Shown: in pieces, positions 19,144-29,144 of the stretch
Layout of the letters: each line of letters starts with the position of its first letter
Position numbering within the stretch: the stretch's first letter is position 1
Assembly (NCBI GenBank): GCA_965248195.1
Contig: CBDFIQ010000002.1
Coordinates: forward strand, 3,104,001 to 3,168,000
Origin: Longimicrobiales bacterium
GTDB taxonomy: Bacteria > Gemmatimonadota > Gemmatimonadetes > Longimicrobiales > Gaopeijiaceae
Reading direction: 5' to 3'
Length of the DNA stretch: 64,000 bases
Notes under the pieces: model-generated
Seen by the model: the letters and a program-made list of their open reading frames with translations, nothing else
Told to the model about the DNA's origin: nothing
Database searches by the model: none
Translations under genes and position numbers: made by a program

Positions 19144-20514
19144 CTACCCCCCACCTTGTTCCTCCTCCAGTCGAGCGATCCGCTGCTCCCGCTGGGCCTT
19201 CAGGTATTCGAAGTCCTCGTCGCTCAGATAGGTGGTGCCGATCCACATGTGCGACATCTCATCGGCGCTGCGCCTGCCGAAGATCACCCACTGGTCCGGA
19301 TCAGGGTTCACCGGATTGGCGGCCGTGTTGTCATACCAGGCCGTGAGAACGAGCACCGTGCCCTTGGGCAGCAACGGCATCACATGGTCTTCAAAGAGGT
19401 AGTTGATGTGCCATTCGCCGTTCCAGTTCACTTTGCACAGAATCTCCAGGTGACCATCGGGGAAGATCGCTTCCATCGACTGCGATGCTCCGCGCAGGTG
19501 CATGTGGCCCCGGCAGCTGTGGAGTCGGGTATTTTCTTGCAGCACGTGGAACCCCTGCGTCACCGCACGCCCGTGGGGCGGGAGGACCACCTGCTGCACC
19601 GTCAGGCCGCGGCCGCGGCCCTCGGCGCTTCCGAGCTGCCGCTGCGAGCTCCAGGAGACATCACCTTCCGTCGCGAAACGCGGGTCCTCACCTTCCGGGT
19701 AGAACCATAGTCCGACTTCGACGACGTCGTCATCGATCGCCACACCGTTGGGGTAGTAGTGGATGTTGAAGCTGAGGCTGTTTCCCGGCGCGATCAGCCG
19801 CCCTGTATTCTCTGGGAAAATATCGAAGGGCTTGCCGATCCCATAGTTGGAAAAGCCGCCCCGCCCATCCTCCGTAATGAGGCTGCTGTTCGCGTGATGG
19901 ACGACGCCCTTGCCCAACATGGAAGGTTTGGTCTCGTTCGCCATGACCCACCGAGGGCCGTCGAGTCCCTCCACCTCCACCTGATGAGGCCACCAATTGT
20001 CCAGGCCGCTCGCCGGCACGTCGAATGGGCTCGACTTGATGATCAGATCCGGCGGGCCGAACTGCGTTGCCAGCCGCCACTCGGCGCCCGACGGGATCTC
20101 GGGGACGGGCGGAGCGTGCGTCATGTCTCCCTGCGGCGCTCCGGCGTCGACCCACTGGACGACCCTCTGGATTTCCTCTTCCGAGAGCGAGACGTCGTTC
20201 TTGAACTCCTGAATCCCCACGTCCTGGTCGACGTGCCACGGCGGCATCTGGCGCGTCTCGACTTTGACCTTGATCAATGGGGCGTAAAGCCTGGCCGTCT
20301 CGTAGTCGAGGAGCGACATGGGTCCGATGCCTTCCGGCTGATGACACCCCACGCACGACTCGTATAAGATAGGCGCGACGTCCTCGGCCCACGTGGCGTC
20401 CTGTCCGAACGCGGGCTGCGGCTGCAGCACGGCCATCAGCAAGAAGATCGGCGCGGCGATCCAGAGGCCATGCCACGCCCGAGGGCGGTGGCTCTGTTTT
20501 GTCATGCGGTCCAT
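19144..20514 (-). CDS. Cytochrome c-fused copper type II (PHM/DBH-like) monooxygenase, copy 1
   Basis: Signal peptide; CVGCH...MPPW; VVHHA, NIHYY, GHMHLRG, DEM. Confidence 0.85.
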   Translation of the reverse strand: MDRMTKQSHRPRAWHGLWIAAPIFLLMAVLQPQPAFGQDATWAEDVAPILYESCVGCHQPEGIGPMSLLDYETARLYAPLIKVKVETRQMPPWHVDQDVGIQEFKNDVSLSEEEIQRVVQWVDAGAPQGDMTHAPPVPEIPSGAEWRLATQFGPPDLIIKSSPFDVPASGLDNWWPHQVEVEGLDGPRWVMANETKPSMLGKGVVHHANSSLITEDGRGGFSNYGIGKPFDIFPENTGRLIAPGNSLSFNIHYYPNGVAIDDDVVEVGLWFYPEGEDPRFATEGDVSWSSQRQLGSAEGRGRGLTVQQVVLPPHGRAVTQGFHVLQENTRLHSCRGHMHLRGASQSMEAIFPDGHLEILCKVNWNGEWHINYLFEDHVMPLLPKGTVLVLTAWYDNTAANPVNPDPDQWVIFGRRSADEMSHMWIGTTYLSDEDFEYLKAQREQRIARLEEEQGGG

Positions 20515-20533
20515 GATGTGTTTCTCCTTTTTA

Positions 20534-21436
20534 TTATGGGGTGACGGTAACCTTCACGTAGTTGTTCGTATAGCAGCAATGCTGCACCATCGCAGAAAGC
20601 GTCTGGAGCCCGGTGACCCGGAGCATGTACTCCCCCGGCTCGCTGAAGCTGGCGGTCGTCGTCACCTGGCCCCCTTCCGCCGGAACCTCGAACCGTCGCT
20701 CCTCAAAGTCGACGGCGACAGGCCCCTGGTGCTCGAACCAGAAAAGGAGGAAGTCACGCTCCGTGGGGGCGAACGGCTCGAGCCACACGCTCAACGGCAA
20801 CGGCTCCCCCACCGCCACGGTGAGCGGACCCAGGGTTACGCCGGATCGCCCTCTCCCCCTCGGGCCCGACGGGTCGAACGCGAGCACCGGTGCGACCGGC
20901 GCACTCGTGCTGGCTTCGAGATTTTCGATGCGACTGCCTTCTACCGTGAGGCGCCCCGGGACCCGGATCGTCTTGCCCTTGTAACGCAAGGTCCAGACGA
21001 CATCCTCAGTCCCGAAATCCGCCGGTACCTCGACGGTGAAGACGGCCTGGTGTCGATAATGTCTGCTTTGTCCGTCCTGCCCCCGGGGCGGCGCCGTCAT
21101 GAAGTACGTCGGCTGCATCCCGTTGTATTCGGCCGGCTCGAGGAAGTTGTCGGGCCCGATCGGGATCTGGAACACCTCCTCGAAGTTCATATTGAAGTAA
21201 CTGAAAGAGAGGCTGTACGTGCCATCCGGATTCGGGTACCAACCCTCGAACAGGGGAATGAGTGGCTGATCCCGGGGCCTGACGGTCACCAGGTTGTATT
21301 GGTAAGGTGTGAGGGCCCACCATTCGTCGAATTGACGATCCTGCCCTCCGAACTGGTCCACCTGGCCCACGAGAGGAGCCCATGGCACCATCGTGAGTGC
21401 GGTCACCGCCACAACGACGTTACGCGCCCTCTTCAT
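20534..21436 (-). CDS. Exported hypothetical protein with C-terminal PKD/Ig-like domain and HCCYTN motif, copy 1
   Basis: P-FEGWYPNPDGT...FSYFN-N...IPIGPDNFLEP...QPT-F; FSEPGEYMLR; paralog of 48156-49037. Confidence 0.8.
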   Translation of the reverse strand: MKRARNVVVAVTALTMVPWAPLVGQVDQFGGQDRQFDEWWALTPYQYNLVTVRPRDQPLIPLFEGWYPNPDGTYSLSFSYFNMNFEEVFQIPIGPDNFLEPAEYNGMQPTYFMTAPPRGQDGQSRHYRHQAVFTVEVPADFGTEDVVWTLRYKGKTIRVPGRLTVEGSRIENLEASTSAPVAPVLAFDPSGPRGRGRSGVTLGPLTVAVGEPLPLSVWLEPFAPTERDFLLFWFEHQGPVAVDFEERRFEVPAEGGQVTTTASFSEPGEYMLRVTGLQTLSAMVQHCCYTNNYVKVTVTP

Positions 21437-21825
21437 CCAAACCTCCTCCCTTTCGATCGTTTCTGCTCTTCTCATACGGCCGTCACCCCATCCTGTTCCG
21501 ATCGCTGAGGTGCCGTGCATCGAGACGAACGTAAAGGATTGCTACATTTCTTTGTGTAATCCTCCAACCTACAGGGTTGGCACACCCAGTCAAATCCTGC
21601 TGAGGTTCCCCGGGCCAATGAGGGGAAGCCTATCCGGCAGGTGCCGCGGATCTAGATCGAAGGCTGTCCGCGTGAGGCCATTGACGAAACGGTATGACAA
21701 CGCTCACTGTGCCACTGTCCGGAGCGTGCCTTCATGGGCTGCCGACTCCGAGCCCCGGTCATTCTGGGAGGCGCTGCTGAGCGCCCGATCCCACCGTTGA
21801 ACATCCGTTGAAGGCGGGAAGAGAT

Positions 21826-24090
21826 ATGAACTACCGCAAATTGACGCCAGTTCCTTCATACCAGCAATTATCGAGAAGGGCGCCGGTATCAGCGAGGAGA
21901 CATCAAACCCCCGGTCCGCTCCGGACGGCCTGCCTCTGCATTGTCTCTGCGCTCTCGCTGAGTGTGGTGAGCCTATGGGTGACCCCGATCTCCGCCTTCG
22001 GCCAGGAGCCTTCGGGGTCCTACACCAACGCCCAGGCCGAAGCCGGGGCGACTGTATATGAGTCCACCTGCTCGGTGTGTCACCTGACCGATTTCCAGGG
22101 CTCGTTCGAGGCCCCCGAGTTGGCGGGCCCGAACTTCCGAAACACGTGGGGTGGCCGGCGGGTGGGCGACCTACTCGTGCTGATCGAGGCCACCATGCCG
22201 CCCCAAGCCGCCGGGTCTCTGAGCGCTGAGCAGGTCGCCTCGGTCGTGGCCTATATCCTCCGAGCGAACGAGGTTCAGGCGGGCGGAACCGAGTTGAGCC
22301 TCGCTTCCGCCGTAACGGTGATCCCGGGTGCGGAGCCGGCGGCCGTCACGACCGCGGCGGGTATCCCTCCGATTCCCGGTCGGGTCGGGACGACCTTTTC
22401 GCCGGAGGCGGTGCAGGCTCCGCCTGAATTTCTCGGCGCGATATCTGAAACTCCTGCTGGTATCACGGAGACCTATCGAGCGCCGGAGGGATACACACCG
22501 GTGTCGAACGCCGAATTGGTCTCGCCTCCCGATGGAGACTGGCTGCACTGGCGAAATTCCCCCGGATCGACCGGTTTCAGCCCGCTGTCGCAGATCAATA
22601 CGGAGAACGTTCACCGGCTGCAGCTGGCCTGGGTCTGGGCGTTGCCCGATGGAAGCCGTTACCGCACCGCGCCTCTCGAGAGATCCGGCATTCTCTTCCT
22701 GACGACAGCCGGCGGCTCCGTGCAGGCGCTAGACGCTACCGACGGCACCCTCCTCTGGGAGCACCGCAGAAAGGACGCCCGCATCGGTCAACGGGTGCAA
22801 AGCGTCGCTCTCTGGGAGGACCTCGTTCTTCTGTCCACTCCCGACGGAGCGATGGTAGCCTTGGACGCTCCGACCGGAGTCGTTCGCTGGGAGACCCCGC
22901 GGATGGGGTTCGGTAACACCGCGGGACCCATCGTGGCTGACGGGAAAGTGATCAACGGGGCCAACGGCTGCGGCAGATTCATCGAACAAAAGTGTTTTGT
23001 CAGCGCCCACGACGTCCGTAGTGGCGAGTTTCTTTGGCAGACGGAGGTGATCGCTCGGCCCGGCGAGCCGGGCGGGGACACCTGGGGCGAGCTCCCGTTC
23101 GAGATGCGGGCGGGGGCGGACATGTGGAATGGCGTCAGCTGGGATCCCGATTTGGGCTTGGTCTACATCGGCACCGCGCAGGCGAAGCCGTGGGTGGCCG
23201 TCAGCCGAGGGCTCACCACCGCCGACTCGACGCTCTACGCGAACTCGACCCTGGCCCTCGATGTGGAGACCGGACGCATCGTGTGGTACCGGCAGCACGT
23301 TCCGGGCGAGTCCTTGGACATGGACGAGGGATTCGAGCAGGTCCTCGCGGACATCGACGGCGTGCCCGCGCTCCTCACCATCGGCAAACATGGTGTGCTC
23401 TGGAAGCTCGACAGGCGAGACGGGACCTTCCTGGGTATGAAGGAAACGGTGTTCCAGAACATTCTCTCGATTGATCCCGAGACAGGCGCGGTGCAGTACC
23501 GGGAGGACATCGCGAACGCCAGGGTGGGTGACTGGGTGTCGGTGTGCCCCTCCACGGCTGGGGGGAAGAACTGGCAGGCGACCAGTTACTCTCCCGATGC
23601 GGGCCTCATCGTCATCCCGCTAAGCCAAAGCTGCATGGATATGACCGCACGCGAAGTCGTCCTGGAGGCGGGTGGCGGTGGCAGTGGGGGGGAGCGCGCG
23701 TGGAAAGAGATGCCCGGTACCCGCGGGATGTTCGGAAAGCTCGCGGCGTTCGATGTTGCGACGATGGAGGAGGTGTGGAGTGTCGAACAGAGAGCCCCCT
23801 TCCTCATGGGAGCCTTGACGACCGCGGGTGGACTCGCGTTCGCCGGATCCTATGACAGGTGGTTCAAGGCGTATGACATCCAAACGGGTGACGTGCTCTG
23901 GCAGACCCGGCTTGGCACGTCGGTCCAAGGTTTCTCGATGACCTTCGAGGTGGACGGCGTGCAGTACCTTGCGATGACCGCAGCGCGCAACGGTGGGAGT
24001 CCCTGGCGGGTAGCGACCTTCCTGGCGACGGAGTTCGTGAGTCGTCCTCAGGCAAATGCCCTTTACGTGTTCCGGCTAGGCCAACCATAG
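21826..24090 (+). CDS. Cytochrome c + PQQ-dependent dehydrogenase-type beta-propeller
   Basis: CSVCH...MPP; DWL-WR, FSPL-QI---NV--L-LAW, repeated A-D--TG---W; LDMD; GGKNW; DG-QY. Confidence 0.88.
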   Translation: MNYRKLTPVPSYQQLSRRAPVSARRHQTPGPLRTACLCIVSALSLSVVSLWVTPISAFGQEPSGSYTNAQAEAGATVYESTCSVCHLTDFQGSFEAPELAGPNFRNTWGGRRVGDLLVLIEATMPPQAAGSLSAEQVASVVAYILRANEVQAGGTELSLASAVTVIPGAEPAAVTTAAGIPPIPGRVGTTFSPEAVQAPPEFLGAISETPAGITETYRAPEGYTPVSNAELVSPPDGDWLHWRNSPGSTGFSPLSQINTENVHRLQLAWVWALPDGSRYRTAPLERSGILFLTTAGGSVQALDATDGTLLWEHRRKDARIGQRVQSVALWEDLVLLSTPDGAMVALDAPTGVVRWETPRMGFGNTAGPIVADGKVINGANGCGRFIEQKCFVSAHDVRSGEFLWQTEVIARPGEPGGDTWGELPFEMRAGADMWNGVSWDPDLGLVYIGTAQAKPWVAVSRGLTTADSTLYANSTLALDVETGRIVWYRQHVPGESLDMDEGFEQVLADIDGVPALLTIGKHGVLWKLDRRDGTFLGMKETVFQNILSIDPETGAVQYREDIANARVGDWVSVCPSTAGGKNWQATSYSPDAGLIVIPLSQSCMDMTAREVVLEAGGGGSGGERAWKEMPGTRGMFGKLAAFDVATMEEVWSVEQRAPFLMGALTTAGGLAFAGSYDRWFKAYDIQTGDVLWQTRLGTSVQGFSMTFEVDGVQYLAMTAARNGGSPWRVATFLATEFVSRPQANALYVFRLGQP

Positions 24091-24147
24091 GCTGGCGCCG
24101 ACCCCATGCGGTGGTTACCTGTTCTCTACACCAATGAGGAGGGAATC

Positions 24148-25398
24148 ATGAGTTCATTGTTTCGGTGTTCCAGGCTCCTGACGCTGGCTGCCGTCCTTGG
24201 GGTCGTCTCGACCACGGGGTGTGCACAGCAGGAGACGGCGTCAGGAAGCGAGGCCAGCGCCATGAGCAGCATGCAGGAAGGCTCGCTGGTGCATGATGGG
24301 CAGGAGCTATTCGGCCATTACCACCAGCCTAGTCCGTTCCCGCAGCCTCTGCCGGACGACGCGCACTCACACGACGGCTGGACTTGGGGGTCCATGGGGG
24401 CCGTCTTTGCCGAGAGCCCGGACAAGATCTGGCTCGCCATGCGGGGAGAGCTCCCGCTCCCGGAGGGGACAGATCCGTGGACACCCTACGCCCTCCTGAA
24501 CCCCTCCCGGGGAAACGCCTCGCCCAACGACGACAACGGAATTCGCGGGTATGAGCGGCGGTATCTGCACGTCATGATCGCCGTGAATTCCGAGGGAGAG
24601 CTGGTTGAATATTGGCCGCAGCATGACCAGCTCTTCGACGTACGGGGCGGGCGCGGACCCCACAAGATCAAGATGAGCCCCTACGACGACGAGAAGCATA
24701 TCTGGGTCGTCGATGACAACCTCCACCAGATCCACAAGTTCACCTACGACGGGGAGTTGGTGCTCACGCATGGAGAGCAGCTCGTACCCGGACGGGGGCC
24801 GAACAACTTCTCGCGCCCGACGGACATCGCGTGGCTACCGGACGGCACCTACTTCATCAGTGACGGCTACGTAGGAACCCGCGTAGCGAAGTTCGACGCC
24901 AACGACAACTTCATCATGGACTGGGGCCAGGCCCCGGCCGATCCCGCCAACCCGGGTCCCAACGAATTCAACACTGTCCACGCTATCACGATCAGCGCGG
25001 ATCGGTTGATCTACGTGTCGGATCGGGCTCACGCCCGGATCCAGGTGTTTGACGAAAACGGCGACTTCCAGTTCCTGTTCCCGACTGGCCAGCGAGGCGA
25101 GTCTCTCCCGTACGCGATCGAGATCCTTCGGGATCCGTCTGGAGAGGAGTTCCTTTGGGTCGCGGACGGCAGCTCGAACCGAATGCTGAAGTTCGATCTA
25201 GACGGGAATTACCTCTATGGCTGGGGCACCCCTGGCGACGATTACGGGCACTTCAACGGCCCGCACTCGATCACGACCGACCAGGACGGCAACCTTTACA
25301 TTTCGGAGGTGTTCGCCGGGCGTGTACAAAAGTTCGTCCCAAGGTCCGGTGCCGACCCTGCCAAGATCGCGGGACAGCAGCTGCGGGAGTGGAACTGA
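24148..25398 (+). CDS. PAL-like NHL-repeat beta-propeller lipoprotein
   Basis: Lipobox TTGC; GPH, RPTD, SDGY, VHAI, SDR---RIQ, GPHSI. Confidence 0.85.
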   Translation: MSSLFRCSRLLTLAAVLGVVSTTGCAQQETASGSEASAMSSMQEGSLVHDGQELFGHYHQPSPFPQPLPDDAHSHDGWTWGSMGAVFAESPDKIWLAMRGELPLPEGTDPWTPYALLNPSRGNASPNDDNGIRGYERRYLHVMIAVNSEGELVEYWPQHDQLFDVRGGRGPHKIKMSPYDDEKHIWVVDDNLHQIHKFTYDGELVLTHGEQLVPGRGPNNFSRPTDIAWLPDGTYFISDGYVGTRVAKFDANDNFIMDWGQAPADPANPGPNEFNTVHAITISADRLIYVSDRAHARIQVFDENGDFQFLFPTGQRGESLPYAIEILRDPSGEEFLWVADGSSNRMLKFDLDGNYLYGWGTPGDDYGHFNGPHSITTDQDGNLYISEVFAGRVQKFVPRSGADPAKIAGQQLREWN

Positions 25399-25463
25399 GG
25401 CGCTAAGCGCTGAGCCGGGGTGCGCGCGCACAAGGCCGGAGCCGGCCAGCGTGCGCACTCCGC

Positions 25464-26351
25464 TCAGCGCAACGTCCGGTTGAAGAAGTCGACGGTCCGC
25501 TGCCATGCCAGCGTGGCCGCTGCTTCGTCGTAACGGGGCGTGGTGTCGTTGTGGAACCCGTGATTGGTGCCCTCGTACATGTGCATCGTGTAGGTCTTGC
25601 CGTTGGCCTTTAGCGCGTCCTCGTAGGCCGGCCATCCGGCGTTGATTCGCTGGTCCAGACCCGCGTAATGGATGAGAAGGGGCGCGGCGATTCTGGGTAC
25701 GTCCTCTACCGCGGGTTGACTCCCGTAAAAGGGAACGGAGGCGCCCAGATCGGGGATGCGCACGGCCATCATGTTGCAGATCCCTCCACCGAAGCAAAAG
25801 CCTACCACGCCGACTGCCCCGCTGCATTCTTCGTGGGCTTTCAGAAAGCCTCCGGCCGCGACGAAATCCTCCTGCATCTCCCCGCGATCCCGCTGGCCCT
25901 GAAGCGTACGGCCGTCGTCATCGTTGCCGGGGTAGCCGCCGAGCGGCGCAAGCGCGTCGGGCGCGAATGCAAGGAAACCAGCGACCGCGGCACGCCGCAC
26001 GACATCCTCGATGTGCAAGTTGAGGCCGCGATTCTCATGCACCACGACAACGCCCGGCAGGTCGCCGTCCGAACCCGCTGGTCGCACCAAATATCCACGC
26101 ATCGTGCCTGCGCCCCGCGGTGAAGAGTACTCGACGTACTCTCCGCTCACCTGCGCATCGTCACTCCTCACTTGCTGCAACTCGTCGTACTTAGGGCTCA
26201 GGCTCTCCAACAGGGCGCTGGCGGAAACACCCCCTACGGCGTAGGACGCCGCTCGGTCGAGGAACTGACGCCGGTCGATGAAACCGTGAACGTATTTGTC
26301 GAACAGATCGAGAAGTCCCTGATCGAAGTCGCTTGCCTTTTTGCGCGTCAT
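25464..26351 (-). CDS. Dienelactone hydrolase family protein (YghX-like)
   Basis: FD-Y-HG-IDRR-FL, HENRGLN, GFCFGG, HGFHNDTTPRYD. Confidence 0.92.
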   Translation of the reverse strand: MTRKKASDFDQGLLDLFDKYVHGFIDRRQFLDRAASYAVGGVSASALLESLSPKYDELQQVRSDDAQVSGEYVEYSSPRGAGTMRGYLVRPAGSDGDLPGVVVVHENRGLNLHIEDVVRRAAVAGFLAFAPDALAPLGGYPGNDDDGRTLQGQRDRGEMQEDFVAAGGFLKAHEECSGAVGVVGFCFGGGICNMMAVRIPDLGASVPFYGSQPAVEDVPRIAAPLLIHYAGLDQRINAGWPAYEDALKANGKTYTMHMYEGTNHGFHNDTTPRYDEAAATLAWQRTVDFFNRTLR

Positions 26352-26479
26352 GTCGGCCCCCACTTTTCGTTCGATGGGTGGATCTCAGGCTCGCTGCAAT
26401 TCACGGCGGCGGTCCCGGGCTGGGTCTGTCCGCCGCAAAGGTAGCTGGGAAGGGTGTCCGCCGCATTACCTCGCTGGCG

Positions 26480-27772
26480 TCACTGGGACGCGCCGGCGCG
26501 GAAGCGCGCGCCCAGCGCGTCCCGGTCGACCTCCATGCCGCGGAGATAGACCGCGGCGATCCGCCTCGTGTTCGTGATTTCGTCCAGGGGGTTCGCATCC
26601 AGGACGATGAAGTCCGCGCTTTTACCCACCGCCACCGTGCCGATATCGGTCACCTGCATCAGCTCGGCCGAGTTACGCGTTGCCGCGACGATGACCTCGG
26701 CGGGGGTCATTCCGGATCTCACCATATCCTCCATCTCTTGATGAAGGGCCCACGGCGTGCTTCCGTCCGTGCCGAACGCAATCCTCACTCCCTCTTGGTT
26801 GAGCCGAGCCAGGTTACGCGCCTGGATGCCGAACGACTCCTGGGCTGCCGGCCGATCCCTCGACGCCTCCTGCATCTCTTGCAACTCGCCGGCGGGGACC
26901 GTCCCGCTCAGCCAGCCGAGGTCTAGCGCCACCCCCGGGTTCGGGAGGTTCGGAACCAGGACCACATTGGGGCGCTCGCTCCAGAGGGCGACGAGCTCAT
27001 CGTCGATATCCCGGTCGCGCACGCCGTGGGCGAACGCGTCGATCCCAGCCCGGAGAAGCCCCTTCGCGTCCTCGAGGGTGAATATGTGGGCCGTGACACG
27101 GAGTCCGTGCCTGTGGGCCTCGTCGATGACGGCGCCGTACAGCGCCGGCGAGAGTTTCTCATATTGGCCGTTGCGATCGTCGACCCAGATTTTCACGAAG
27201 TCCACCTCCTGCGCGGCCAGCTCCTGCACGGCGGTCCGCGCCTCCTCCTCGCTCGTGATCCAGAAGGGGACATCCGACCGCCCAGGCTCGGGGGTGGTGA
27301 TCCCGCGCCCCGCAGAGCGTGACCGGGCGCCGTCGGGAACCGCCTCGTCCCGCATCTCGAACGGGACGTCGCCCGTGTCTTGGCCCAGACTCACGGCCAG
27401 GCCGGCCCCGTAGTACGCCAAGTGCTGGAGTTGAGCGACCCGATCGTCACGCGTGGACGCCAAGTGCATGTGGGCGTTGACGACCGCCGGCATGACGGTC
27501 TTGCCGCTGAGATCCACGCGGGTCGCGCCCCCCGGAATCTGCACGTCCGCCCTTCGTCCTGCCTGCATGAAGCGGTCGCCCGCGACGACGAACACCGCGT
27601 CCTCGATCGGTGCGCTTCCGTCCCCGACGATGAGGCGAGCGCCCTCGAACACGGTCACGGCCGCGTCGCTACCGGCCTCCGGACCGGTGCAACCGGCCAT
27701 CAGGACGGCACCCAGGGAGAGCACGGCGGACATCACGACCACAATGTGGGACTCACTCTTGGCTCGGCGCAT
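26480..27772 (-). CDS. Amidohydrolase family lipoprotein
   Basis: MPAVVNAHMH, VKIW, AHI, AHG, GTD, GK-ADF; lipobox MAGC. Confidence 0.85.
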   Translation of the reverse strand: MRRAKSESHIVVVMSAVLSLGAVLMAGCTGPEAGSDAAVTVFEGARLIVGDGSAPIEDAVFVVAGDRFMQAGRRADVQIPGGATRVDLSGKTVMPAVVNAHMHLASTRDDRVAQLQHLAYYGAGLAVSLGQDTGDVPFEMRDEAVPDGARSRSAGRGITTPEPGRSDVPFWITSEEEARTAVQELAAQEVDFVKIWVDDRNGQYEKLSPALYGAVIDEAHRHGLRVTAHIFTLEDAKGLLRAGIDAFAHGVRDRDIDDELVALWSERPNVVLVPNLPNPGVALDLGWLSGTVPAGELQEMQEASRDRPAAQESFGIQARNLARLNQEGVRIAFGTDGSTPWALHQEMEDMVRSGMTPAEVIVAATRNSAELMQVTDIGTVAVGKSADFIVLDANPLDEITNTRRIAAVYLRGMEVDRDALGARFRAGASQ

Positions 27773-27809
27773 AAGAACCTCACATCAAAGGTGGCAATTT
27801 CAGACGACG

Positions 27810-29144
27810 CTACACCCCGCTTAGCGCGTCGAGCGGCAGTCGACCGGTCGCGTCCCCCAGCGACTCGATGGGCACACCCATCTTGTCGAGCAGGCTCAGA
27901 TGCAGGTTCGCGAGCGGCGTGTCTTCGGCGTACTGCGTGTGACGCCCGCCCGTGCCCGCCCCGCCACCGGCGAGGAGGATCGGCAGGTTCCCGGAGTAAT
28001 GGGAGTTGCTGTCGGCCATGCCGGCGCCGTAAACGATCATCGAGTGATCGAGCAGCGTCCCGTCGCCATCGGGCGTCGAGCTCAGTCGCGTGATGAACTC
28101 GGAAAACAGCTCCGCGTGGTACCGGTTGATCTTCCTCAGCTTCTCGAGCTTGACCGGATCCCTCTGATGGTGGGAGATGGGATGGTGGGCGTCTGGCACG
28201 CCGATCTCGGCGTAGGTGCGGCCCGTGATCTCGCGTCCCATCATGAACGTCGCCACGCGAGTGAGATCCGTTTCGTACGCGAGGGCCAGGAGATCGAACA
28301 TCAGCCTCGTGTGCTCGCCGAAGGTGCTCGGGATCCCCGCCGGCTGATCGATCACCGGCAGCTCACGCTCGCTCTGCGCTTCGGCCATCTGGATTCGCCG
28401 CTCGATGTCGCGTACCGCCTCGAGGTACTGGTCCAGCTTGGCTTGGTCGCTCGACCCGAGCTGCCGGGACAGAGCACGCGCTCGCTCGGTGACGGAATCG
28501 AGCAAGCTCGCGTCCTTCCCCAGCCGCGCCTTCCGGACCGCCGGATCGGTGCTGCCGCTGTCGCCGAAGAGCCGCTCGAATACCGCACGTGGGTTGTTCT
28601 CCATCGGGAGCGGCGTCGTATCATTCGCCCAGGAGATCGTGTTGGTGTACGCGCAGCTGAAGCCCTCGTCACACGAGCCGGCAAAGTCACGCCCGTCGAT
28701 GGCGAGCTCGAGCGTGGCAAGCTGCGTCTCGCGACCGAGCACACGTCCCGCGATCTGATCCATCGAGATGCCGGCCCGAAGATTCGACCCATTGTCCCGC
28801 TGTGAAGCAACGCCGGTCAGGAAGCGCGTGGAGGCGCGCGCATGCGGCCCCTCGGCGTCCACGCCGTGCATGCCCGAGAGCACCTGTACTTGGTTGCGGA
28901 ACGGCTCGAGCGGCTGGAGGATCGTCGGGAAGTCGAAGCCGCTGCCGTCGGTGGTCGGGGTCCAGTGATCCATCATCATGCCATTCGGGACGTAAACGAT
29001 CCCCAGTCGACGCACGGGGTTCGCGGCCGTGTCGCGGAGTGCCGTAAAGGCCGGCACCATCCCGTCGAGGAGCGGCAACGCGAGCGACGCGCCGAGCCCA
29101 CGGAGCATCGTGCGGCGAGGGATTACCTTCTTGGTAATGATCAT
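27810..29144 (-). CDS. DUF1552 domain protein (Tat-like N-terminus)
   Basis: RRT-LRG-G--LALP-LD-M, YVPNG, SMDQ, ISW, FERLFG, D-TRV-T, HH-ISHH, H----LP; ATGA overlap with the upstream gene. Confidence 0.9.
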   Translation of the reverse strand: MIITKKVIPRRTMLRGLGASLALPLLDGMVPAFTALRDTAANPVRRLGIVYVPNGMMMDHWTPTTDGSGFDFPTILQPLEPFRNQVQVLSGMHGVDAEGPHARASTRFLTGVASQRDNGSNLRAGISMDQIAGRVLGRETQLATLELAIDGRDFAGSCDEGFSCAYTNTISWANDTTPLPMENNPRAVFERLFGDSGSTDPAVRKARLGKDASLLDSVTERARALSRQLGSSDQAKLDQYLEAVRDIERRIQMAEAQSERELPVIDQPAGIPSTFGEHTRLMFDLLALAYETDLTRVATFMMGREITGRTYAEIGVPDAHHPISHHQRDPVKLEKLRKINRYHAELFSEFITRLSSTPDGDGTLLDHSMIVYGAGMADSNSHYSGNLPILLAGGGAGTGGRHTQYAEDTPLANLHLSLLDKMGVPIESLGDATGRLPLDALSGV

